From the IMG/VR virus record IMGVR_UViG_3300020048_000036, positions 66,639 through 130,638 of that record: a DNA stretch of 64,000 bases, one strand, 5' to 3'. Shown piece by piece: positions 53,374 through 64,000 of this stretch. A model generated the notes under the pieces. That model did no database searches, was not told the origin of the DNA, and saw only the letters and a program-made list of their open reading frames with translations. The DNA is from a virus. Position numbers and translations under genes: made by a program. Numbering within the stretch: position 1 is the first letter of the stretch; every line of letters begins with the position of its first letter.

Positions 53374-54639
53374 TTAAACTTGTCCTGAAATAGTATCTAT
53401 ACCTGATTGTATCTCTCTAGCACCATATTCTAGTTGTTCTATGCCTGAATCCAAGTCATCTAGGAATGATTCCAATTCTCCATGAAGGTCACGTAGTTTG
53501 TCCCGTTCCTTTGAGATTATGTTTTTTGACTTTTCAATTTCTGCCAAAGTCTTTTTTAGTATTTTGTCTACTTCGTTCATAATTTTGTTGTTGTATGTTT
53601 GTTCTTGCTTGTTCATGTTTCAAATATAGTAAGAATTTTCCGAAAAACCTAATTTTTCTACAACTTTTATTTTCCTTAATTAATAAGTTCAACAAAATCA
53701 ACATAGTAATTATACACATCAGAGTAACCACTACTATGTCCATGTTCCCAAGCCAACTCAAATAACTTTTGTTCCTTTGGATGACCTGTTACACCAAAAT
53801 CCTCAGCCAAATCAGATTGGAATAGTTTGTTAAGCCTGTGGGTTTCTAAATGGTAGTTATTTTGGGCTTGTCTGTATTCTGCCATTAGGCGTATTTCAGT
53901 AACCTCTTTTTCGGTTTTGAGTTGTTGTAGGTTTCCTGTGAAATTTACCATTGCTTCCTCTATGTCCTTTTGTGTAGGTTTTGAGGGGTAAGGTAATTTG
54001 TTTTCGTATTTTCCTTCTCTTATGTTTTGTTGTATGTCCATTATGTTTTTTTTAGTGTTGTACAAATATAGGTAATCTTTTTGGTTATTCCTAGTCTTTT
54101 GGCGAAAATTATAGGGTTTATTTGTAGGATTAGTCTTGTGGTTCAGCATCACGGTCAAAAAATACACCTACTACCCATGTTGTCACGTCCTCGTGGTAAC
54201 TCATCATTTGTTTTTCCACTACTTCGTAACTACCATTTCCAAAAACTACGCTTTGTTTTTCCCAATCAAGGTTTACTAATTCTTGCTTGTAGTCCTCAGG
54301 GTTTTCAAATTCGCTAATAAAATCTATTGCGCTTTCATAGTCATCAATAAGTGTGTAATTGTCCCCTAAATCCTCTACGTAGTCCTCAGCAGTCAACGGG
54401 CGTGTTCTAGGTAACATAGAACCGTGCTGCTCCCAAACATCCCAACCGTTCTTTTGTTTACACAATACAATCTCACCACTATTTTCGTTAATAAATTGTT
54501 CAGCTTGTACATAATCATCAAACCCGTAAATAAAAGCACCTAAGTATGGAGTTGGATAACCGTTGTTTCCACCTGTTACGTGTCCACATTTCAGGTTTTG
54601 GTCACTTGCTAGTTGAGCGTAATCGTTGTATGTTTTCAT
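53374..54639 (-). CDS. Hypothetical proteins (53374-53616, 53676-~54042, 54130-54639)
   Basis: Each has its own -7 promoter box (53621, 54063, ~54662). Confidence 0.7.
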
Positions 54640-54713
54640 TGTAGTTGTATTTGGTTATGGTTCAAATTTACGGATAATTATTGGGATATGCAAATTTTTA
54701 GCGGAAAATTTTA

Positions 54714-55262
54714 TTAATTATCCTCATCATAATCGTAATCTTCGTCTTCGTTATCACTGATAAAAGTAACACTAAAGGCTACCCACTCCCCACTATCGTC
54801 TTTAAACCCAACTACATCGTAGCTACCATCACCATATCCTGATGAAGATACAGCACCGCTAGGTACTACCCCATAACCTTCCTCACTCAAAGTAATATTA
54901 CATACAGCCCTATACCAACTATCCCCCTCTTGAGTAGCATAACCTTCACCAAAGTCTGATTTAGAAAGGTTTTCCGCAACTTTGTCGTCCCTAAAAAAAT
55001 CCTTGTCAAAGAAACCAAACTGCCCACTATCAACACAGGCTGAGAATGGAAATGTAAATGGTCGTCCGTTTGAATGACTACCTATACGGCTTATATTGAA
55101 TACAGCTACCCTACTTCCAAAGGAATCTATTTTTTCCACAGAAACCTCCCATAACCCTTTCTTAACATTTTCTATTACACCCATACAAGGTGAGTTGGTG
55201 TCAAGTACGTAACATGGGTCACTTGCTACTATTATTCCTGATATTATTTCAAATGTTTTCAT
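54714..55262 (-). CDS. DUF4241-like protein
   Basis: SG.I..SDPCY, VDSGQ.G.FD and SSSGYGDGSY motifs. Confidence 0.65.
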   Translation of the reverse strand: MKTFEIISGIIVASDPCYVLDTNSPCMGVIENVKKGLWEVSVEKIDSFGSRVAVFNISRIGSHSNGRPFTFPFSACVDSGQFGFFDKDFFRDDKVAENLSKSDFGEGYATQEGDSWYRAVCNITLSEEGYGVVPSGAVSSSGYGDGSYDVVGFKDDSGEWVAFSVTFISDNEDEDYDYDEDN

Positions 55263-55313
55263 GTTGTGTTGTTTTTACTGTAGTACTAAGATACAACTTA
55301 TTTCCGATAAATC

Positions 55314-58300
55314 CTAATTTCCCCGAAAATTAAGTGTGTCAATCTTGCCTTTTATATACAATAATATGTTTTTTGCATCGTTAGGGCGTGAACCAATATA
55401 GGTTTCCATAGGCGAGAAAGTATCGCTATCTCCTCCTCTTTCCTCTGATTCTTTGGGGGCATTAATTGCGGTTTTAAGTACATTACGTAACTTATATCTC
55501 TCATAATTGTTATCTTGGATGGCTTTAAAAGTTATCTCCACCCCACATTTGGCAGCAAGTTCTACAGCTTCGTCCGAATGACAATCTCCCGTCATTAAAC
55601 CATAGATACATTCTGTAGGAGAACCTACATCTAAGAGCCTATTATTCAACCTAGCTTTTTGTTGCAAGGTAGCGTGTTTTCTTAATCCTTCTACTTCTTG
55701 CATTACTAGTTCTTGTAGTTGTTTTACGGTTTTGATTTTCATGTTGTTGTATGTTTTTATACTATGAGTTAAAAGGTTGTTCGCAAAAAATTAAAGTTCA
55801 ATCCTGTGTTTAAGTGAGTGGATATATTCTTTCCTTTTAGCCCAAGCACCATCTTTGTTTTTTCGGAAAGCAGCATAACCAAACTTAACTGTTTTAGGCG
55901 TAGCATAATCATATATGTTAACTACTATCTCGCAAATCAGGTACTCAACACCATCCTTTGTTATTACATCATCCACTTTTACAGGCGATAGTTTCTCAGT
56001 TTCTTTTAAAATAGCCTCACGGTCTTGGTTATACTTTGCCTGTGCTGCTTCCCAATCTTGTTCTAGTTGGGTATAGTTGTCAAATATTTGTGCTAATCCT
56101 TTCATGTTGTTGTTTTTAAGTTATAGTGTAAAAATAGGGATTGTATTTGGATTATGCAAGTGTTTCTGAAAGTTTTTCGCAAAAATCTTTTACTTCCCTA
56201 CAACTTTTTCCAAGACTTCAATAACTTTTACCTTATCCTCTTTGTTCATAATATCCTCAAAGTCAAACCACATCACATTACCCCCATCGTTATCCCCATA
56301 ATAATATTGGCTTACTTCTAACTTATCAACTTCACTTTGCCTAATACCTGTAAGATAAACCACAAAATTCATATCACAAGTATTATCCCACACCTCTATT
56401 ACATCTAGGTCATAATTATCAATAAAATCATCATCTAGTTGCTTACCATCTAGGAAGTCAATATCACCAGTCATTTTCTTTACCAGTTGGTTAAATGTTG
56501 CTTTGTATGTTTTCATGGTTGTTATTTTTGGGTTCTGTAAAAATTAATATAAGACAAATCTTTGGTGTAACTTACCCTCAAATCACTAGGATAGCCCCAA
56601 TAAGCACCTCCCTTGTCGTAGCCTTCGTTAAGTGGTACTGCACAGTCGAATACTTTTTTGTCCGTTGGTTTCTCACCTATACTGCTACGTCCCATTGGCG
56701 CACCGTATTTTCCATCCACTTTTGTTATTATTTTGTCTATGGTTCTCATAGTATATTTTCTATTAATAATTTTTCTAGTTCCTCATCCGACAATTCTATT
56801 TCCTCATTAGAAACATAGAAAAATATCTCATTATCTGTTTCTTCTGCAAAATCAGCATACACACCTCCCTCTTGTAATTCAATCGCATCCAATAACTCTG
56901 TAGTGGATATTGTTACCAGCCCGAAATCCTCTGTGTCTATGGTTCTTGAGGGATATTCTAATCCTAGAAATTTGATAGTGCTTTTCATAAGTGTTGTTTT
57001 GTTGTAGGTTAAATGATACTGTGAAGATACAATTATTTTTCGGAAAAACCTAGAGTTTCCAAACTTATTTTTTCACTACAATACTAATAAACTGACCCAT
57101 AAACATAGGCATGATAAGAGGTGAAAACAAAATATTCCATACAGGTATATTACCATCAATAGCAACACCAATCACAAAGAAATAACTAAACACACAATAA
57201 AAGATAATGAATGTCATAAAGTTGGTTTTAAAAGTTGTATAAATTATTTCTTATAATCCACCCATACCTCAATAGTAGGCAAAGATTCTGGGTTTGAATG
57301 GTTTTTGGCGAAAAGTATAACTTCATCAACCCACATACCTGCATACAAAGTACCATTAAATAACCTTGTATTACTATTCCAAGACTCATCAACATTATAA
57401 TTTTTTCCGTTGATACAAGCCCTTCCTATCACAACATCGCAACCCTTTGTATTGAAGTGGTCATTTAATGCTAAGGCTAGTGGGCAGCTTTTAGGCCAAG
57501 TGTAGCCCTCTGAATTTATAAAGTGCTCAGGTTTGATTTTTACGATTTCCATAAGGTTGGTTTTGTAGTTGATTAATAATAACACTAAGGTACAAATATT
57601 TTGCAAGAAAAGCAAGTAAAAACTACTTTTTATTTCTTACAGAATAAAGTTGCCAAAAGAACAATGCAACCACTATAAACATACCAAAAGCCACAATTAA
57701 CACATACAAGGTTTTATTATCCATTTTGTTGTAGTTTTCTTTGCCTTAAAATCTCCAAAGCATTATCAATAGATTTTTGGTACTCTGCATCCACATAAAC
57801 ATCGTTACCTTCTTCAATTATCTTGTCTACTTTCACGTTCCTAAAATCAGGTCTTGCAAACCACATCTTACCTAGTGCTTCTTCTTTGCTCAAAGCATAA
57901 CAATCATAGGTGTGCATGTTTATATTATGTGTCTTACCTTTGTCTTCAAGAATAATTGAGTAGTATTTGTTCATTGTAGAATTGTTTTGAGTTGTAGTAA
58001 ATTTACGGAAAATAATCAAGATTACCTAATTATTCTTACGAAATTGAGAAAATATGTGCGAAAAGGTCTCGTTAAAACTCATTTTTTCTGGGTAGTAACT
58101 TGAAGCCTTAAAATTGTTGGCAGGAATTTCATCTCTTACCTCTAACCTTAACAAAAAATTTAATACTTTCATAAAGGTGGTTTAAATGGATTATCTTTTG
58201 ATATGCTATACTTGGTATCGCAAAACAGAATTTCTCTTAACAGCGTGGCTAGAAATAGGCTTATTTTGGATTTTGCGAAAGAAACAACTATTCCCCCCAA

Positions 58301-59742
58301 TAAATATTGTAATAATTATCAGGCAAGGTAGCCATATCGCCCAACACGTTAACACCATACAAAGACAACTCTTGTAAGAGGGGTTGTACTTCCTCTTGGG
58401 TTGCTTCCCTTGTTACAGACATTACAAAATCTTTGTTTGCAACACCATACCCATCTTGTGTGCAAAAGGACTCTACAACCCCATTATCAACTACAATATC
58501 ATCAAACAAGATAATAAAATCAATATCGTTTTGTGAAGGGTCAGCATCAGTATAGAACCTATAAGTCAATTTAGAAGTAAGCATGTCAATTTGTTTTTAG
58601 TACGTTGTAAAGATAATAAACTTTTCGCAGAAAACCTAACAATTAAAATAAAAAAGTTGTAGGTTACGCAAGATTTTCCAAAATAGGATTAAAGTCAATA
58701 ACATAGTACCCATTAAAAATAGCCAAGCTAGACTGCTCATCTAATTTGTGCTTACCATAAGCAACTTTAAACAGTTCCTTACCTTTCTTAGTCAAGCTGT
58801 ACCAATTACTACACTTAGGTATTTCACCTACGGGTTTTTCAAATATACCCTTACTTATTAAGCTACTTACTTTGGGTGGGTGCGAAAGCAATAGTAAAGG
58901 TGTTTCTACATTGCCTTTGTGAAATTCGTGCAACCTACGCAATGTTTCAGATAATACTCCGTTCTCTTTTTGTGTGAATTTGGTAGCCATATTCTATGTT
59001 TTAAAGTTTAATCAAAGGTAAGTATAATTTCGCAGAAAAGCAAGGGTTGTAGTAAAATTATTTTGAGTTAGCCTTTACCCAAGGTTCTGTGTAGTGCTTA
59101 TAATAATATAATTCCCTTTCTAAACCTAATTTATAGTTATCTACAAATACTTTTATGTATCTCTTCTTGTACATTGTTAATCTTTGCTGGTACTCTTTAT
59201 TAGTTTCTTTGTTGTTTTGGGGGTATTTCAAAGCCCAATCCTCCATTGAAAAACTACTCTCCATTTTCTGTTTATACAGGAGGAGTTGTTTCTTTATTTC
59301 TTTCTTTGTTGTAACCATAGTATTTTATTGTAAAGTTAATTTTTGCGGAGAAACATCTACATCAAAAGTCATAATACAACTATTTAATTACACCACTAAG
59401 ATAACACTTTTTCCGCAAAGAAACAACACTAACAAAAGGTTAATCCTCACACCTACTTCTGGTCTGAATACAAGTAGCTTCCCAATCTTGGGCAAGGTGA
59501 TAAATTTCCTCCAAAGTATCTGTGGGTAGTTTCTCATAACCAATAAAATCCACACTTACCAAATCATCCCCGTTGTATAGGTTTACTTCTGCACCTAATT
59601 CGTTAAAATTTTCCGCAAGTAAAGCACTACTGCCTAAAGAATTTACAACAGGGGAACTGTTAGCCTCAACATCAGCTACACCAAAACTACCATATAGGTT
59701 TATAACGTTCTTGATTCCTTGTATTGTTTCTTGAGTATTCAT
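55314..59742 (-). CDS. Run of small early-type genes (55314-55742, 55791-56105, 56190-56516, 56522-56749, 56746-56988, 57244-~57552, 57717-~57974, 58288-58584, 58664-58990, 59058-59318, 59440-59742)
   Basis: Short ORFs, most preceded by an A/C-rich leader and a promoter motif. Confidence 0.7.
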
Positions 59743-60193
59743 ATTCTGTTTGTTTTAAGTACCCCATAAAGATACTACTAATTTTCGGAAAAAACAAACC
59801 CTTAGCAAAAATAATCTAGTAAATTTTCCGCCAAAAACCCTTGTAAACTAAAGACATTTTACTACAACATTTAAACACATAACACAAAACAAAACAACAC
59901 TAAATACAAAAAATACGTAACCAAAAGGTTACATAATGAGGCTATAACTCCTAGTACAAGGGATAACATAGTACTATGTAATACAAGGTACTGAAAAGTA
60001 GTTTAGGGGGATTATTTGCCTAAGAGTGTGGCTATGACTACGTTTCAGCTTACCCTCCAAAAACCAATTTACCCCTAAAAACAAATATAGTTTTCTGTTA
60101 TAAAACAAGAAAAGAGGGTATAAAACCCTCTCCTCAATCCTAAAATGTATATGAAGTGTTAAGGGTTATATATACATTCACCCCAAAACAACC
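59743..60193. other. ~450-nt gene-free, palindrome-rich region (origin or ncRNA candidate)
   Basis: No ORF of 60 aa or more; 14-bp perfect palindrome ACATAGTACTATGT and several hairpins. Confidence 0.4.
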
Positions 60194-62570
60194 TTATTTG
60201 ACAACCAAATACTTCTTTTCAACCATTATCTTGTGCTTTTTGGAAACATAAACTTCCTTATCGGGATTCCTAACTAACCAAGCACGGTATGTTACCTCTG
60301 GTATGTGCTCATACCTACACAATAGGGATATTTGTTTATAGTACCTTTCGTTGTTTCCTAATAGGTCTGTACATTTTAGTATTTGCAATTACTTTAAATT
60401 TTAATTGTTGTATGGTTACAAGAGTCTTTTGCGAAAAATCCCCTCCTAAATACTTATCTTATACAACCCTTTCATACTCTTGGGTTATGGTTACGCTTCC
60501 ATAGTAGGGTTCAAAATCACTAGGTTGTCCCCAATTACAAGAATGAAACCCTACTCCCCATCGTTTATCCTCTCCACAAGCAACTACTACTCCTTTGTTT
60601 TTAGAGTAGAGTAGTACTATGTTTTCGGGGTAATCCCTAACCCTCATTAGGCAGGGGTACTTTAATTCTTGATTGAATTGTCTTTCTTTAATTGTTGATG
60701 TTAATTTCATAAGTATTTGTTTTTGTATGTTAATCAGGTTATTATAAGTTTCTTTGCGGAATTTTTACCCCTTATAAGCTACTCCCTCCTCAACTACTTC
60801 TATCAGTTCGTTTTCAGGTAGGTTGATGTGTTCGGGTTCTACATAGTAGAATGTACCTTTGTCAATTTCTCTTGCCTTGTCGTTTACATATTCCATGTCG
60901 GAATCCAATAAGGCATCACTAAGGGTAGTATCTGCCACTTGTACTATTCCGTATGTTGGGGTATCTATTACCCTTACTGTGTAGTCTTTAGAGTTGAATA
61001 TCATGTTGTTTATTTGTTTATGCTAAGTTAGTAAAAGTTTTTGTATGTTGATTATCAATGTGTTATAAAGGGTTTTGGCGAAAAAATTTATACCCTGCCC
61101 CCTGTTAACAAGTTTATATGCACAAAATCATCATCGTCATCATCCCCATTACTATCGTCCCCAAACCAATTCTTTTCGGTTATTACCTCGTTGATTGTTT
61201 CTACGATGTATGGTGAATGAAGTACAGCATGGAGTATTTGTTGGGCTTCCTCGTCCGTACAATCATAATGTACTTTCACATCTTCTATATGCCACAGGTT
61301 TTCTACATAGTACCCGTTATCCTTTAATACTTGTTTTGCTTGTTCAACTGTCATGGTTATATTTGTTTGTTGTAGTAAAGTTACGTTATTTATTTGGTAT
61401 TAGCAAGGGTTTTAGAAGTTACTTTGCGGAAATTTTATTCCTTAATAACAGGGGCTTTATACCCTATTACTTCCTGCAATAACCTTTCAGTCAACTCCTC
61501 AACATACTCTTTAGGGCAGTTCTCAAGGTTATCCCTCCTGTAAGTAGTATCAAAACCTATTACCCACCAATCACTAGGTATTTCAAGTTCGTGCCTTAGC
61601 CTACCTGCATAATCACACCACGTTATCTCACGGGGTATATTCAGATAAGGTACATTTTCCTCCCAACTCATAAAGTCTATACCGTGTAAAGGGTGGTTTG
61701 GTGGTATTGCTACATATCCATTTCCCCATCCACATTCCTCTTTACGGTATTCATTGGATATTGTAAATGATATTGGTTGACTTTCCATGTTGCTAAGTTA
61801 AGGTTTATTATTGGTATTTCAAAATAAAATTGTATGTTATTGAAGGTTTTTGCGAAAAAAGTTTTTTATACAACCCCTTCACTACTCCCCATCAAAACCC
61901 CATATACTAGCATAGTCCTCAAGTACTGCCTTTTGACAATCCAATGGTAACTTATCAAAAGTAATTTTCTTGCCCAAATGCGAGTATGTAGGACGGTCTA
62001 TAATCTCGTTTTTGCTTTCCCCATGTTGGTAAAAACCTTGTGGGTAATATGGGTTTTCACTTGAGCCTACATACTTGTACCACTTGTTACCTTGTTCGTC
62101 TTTGTTCTTATCGTAACGTCCCGTAAATACGATTGTATAGCGGTCAAAACTTTCCCCTCCGTTATCATATATACGTATGTAGCGTGGTGAGTTATCAGAG
62201 TTTAAAAATTGTTGTAGGGTTCTCATAGTTGGTTCTTAAAGGTTCTCGGCAAAAATTGCACGGTATTTTTCTTTCTTAATAGGCTTCATGCCTTTTTTCT
62301 TGCGTGGATAGTCGGGTTTTACTTTACCCTTAATCCTGTCCCGTTCTTTACGTTCTTTCATTACAATTCGCTTAGGTTATCCAGATAAACAATCTCGTTG
62401 TTTAGGGTTATATATTCCCTGCCATCTTCCTCGGCATCATAAAAAACCTCAAACCAACCTATCTCCCCGTTCACATCATCATTAAGGCAAACCACGCCCC
62501 CTTTATGTTGGTAAAAAAGGTTATCCATCGAGGATATATTACCGTGCTCTATTGTTACTATCGCTTTCAT
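60194..62570 (-). CDS. Small early-type genes (60194-60388, 60459-60710, 60765-61004, 61088-61354, 61435-61788, 61882-62226, 62361-62570)
   Basis: Includes common phage families NGYV..P..HP.HG (61435) and IYDNGG.S.DRYT (61882). Confidence 0.72.
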
Positions 62571-62593
62571 AATATGCTTTTTTTTGTTGGAAA

Positions 62594-62870
62594 TTACTTT
62601 ACCTCAATTAGTTTACCGTCCCACTTCACCCCGTTCAAGTACCACTCAAAATTGGTTTGGCTAATGCGTACCCCATCAATTGAGTTAAGCCTATCTTTGG
62701 TTACGTTGGTAGCATACCCACAGTTGGTAATAAAAAGTTTACCATTCTCTTTATAGGCTATCTTGTGCCCTTTCGGTACGTCCGTTGTCAGTTGTTACGG
62801 TTGTGTTAATTTGTGTAGCCCTGCCGTTAGCATTAAAGGCATTTCCGATTGTTTCCGTTACTTTACGCAT
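62594..62870 (-). pseudogene. Frameshifted conserved early phage gene
   Basis: MRKVTETIGNAF...DNGRTE in one frame and GHKIAYKENGKLFITNCGY..NVTKDRLN..WYLNG.KWDG in the next; 277 nt. Confidence 0.7.
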
Positions 62871-62925
62871 GTGTGTTGTTTTTTAAGTTCCTTACAAAGT
62901 TAATGAATCTTTTTGTATTGTGCAA

Positions 62926-63919
62926 CTATTTCGGAAAATTTATTTCAATTTTATTTCCAAGACTCAAACCTAAGTTTAGCATGTTCATAACGTATTGACG
63001 TTCAACACTTGTTTCGGGCTTATACAATGTGGTTTCAAGCTGTTTAAGGCTTAATATATCCGCACCCTCACACAACATTAACTCCATCGTTTTGCCCTCG
63101 CTACGTTCAATTTCCTTGAGGCTTAGAATCAACTTGCTTTTTTCAATCTTACCACAGGCGAAATTTTCCAATAAGGTCGTTACCATATACGTATAATCCA
63201 TAAGATGTTTTTGTTGCACTATTTGTGAAATAAACCTACTTGTTGCATTTTTTCTGCAACGAATCCAACCAATAGAAAAAGGCTGTATATGCAAAGATAC
63301 TAAAAATTAATTCAACCATACAACATTTTTTTAGCCCTGTAAAGATACACAATTTTTAATACAATTCGCCATCTTCCATAAATTCGTATTCATTGGCTTC
63401 AATAGCTTCGATAATTGCCTCATCGCTTTGCAGGTATTCGCATTCATTCTGCAATATACTTGCATACTCGCTCAATAGGTCCTTTAAAAACTCGCTTTCA
63501 AGCTCGTTTGCTTCTTGGTCAAATTCATATTCGTTGTCCTCGGCTACCTTGTCGGTCTGTATGCCGTCCGAATACTTTTTTACTAGGTGGTTATATTCTG
63601 AAAAGTAGTTTTTTGCAAGTTTGTACGTATCGCAATGCTCCCCGTGCTCCGCTATAATTTTACGGGCGCAATAGTCCGCATCTTGCATAAATTCGCCTGT
63701 TGCGTGCCTGTTGCGGTCAAGGTCAAAACTTTTTAGTTTTAGCCCTATATTGGCTGCATCGTAATACGTGCCCTCCCACCAATCAGAATTAACGTTAATA
63801 TTGTAATTGCTGCGGATAGCGTTTTCTTTTGCCTCGTTGGATAATTCGCTAAACTGGTACAGTTTTACTTCAATGGTACGCATAAAATAGTTATTTAAGT
63901 TCTTTGTAAAGATAGGCAA
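62926..63919 (-). CDS. Two hypothetical proteins (62926-~63201; 63356-63883 starting MRTIEVKLYQFSELS)
   Basis: Promoter boxes at 63292, 63339 and 63907; the second gene belongs to a common early phage family. Confidence 0.72.
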
Positions 63920-64000
63920 AAATAATGAAATTAAAAAGCCCTAATCAAATCTTTTTTTTTACCATTGTTTACCTTGCTGGCAACCTTGATGGGTTTTACG

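Overview
About 64 kb of a large, AT-rich tailed dsDNA phage, most likely infecting a Bacteroidota host. The host call rests on many TAnnTTTG/TT(T/A)GG Bacteroidota-type promoters and host-like genes. No integrase, CRISPR array or stop-codon recoding is visible. Bases 1-4.44 kb (+ strand) hold the end of a large probable virion protein, a small membrane protein, an amidase endolysin and a GT-B glycosyltransferase. Bases 4.5-64 kb are almost entirely minus strand. They carry replication and nucleotide genes (DnaB-like helicase, PolA, DUF6371-like primase, 3'-5' exonuclease, putative SSB, RNR, dUTPase, dNMP kinase), four free-standing endonucleases, an RNA ligase coupled to a circularly permuted SLOG protein, an ECF sigma factor, a GroEL with no neighbouring GroES, a Mom-like GNAT coupled to a cupin, DenV, one canonical tRNA-Lys, and a long run of small early-type genes with their own promoters. 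The most unusual signals are non-coding: (i) an island at 49.3-50.6 kb with a tRNA-like RNA whose anticodon arm is replaced by a large structured insert, preceded by two helix-closed RNA domains separated by repeated AAUAAUAC linkers; (ii) two tRNA-like genes at 31.1-31.4 kb with apparent 8-nt anticodon loops; (iii) a TTTTSCG(G/C/A)AAAA near-palindrome at a fixed position inside many promoters. All RNA folds were made by eye, and all family calls come from recognised motifs, not database searches.
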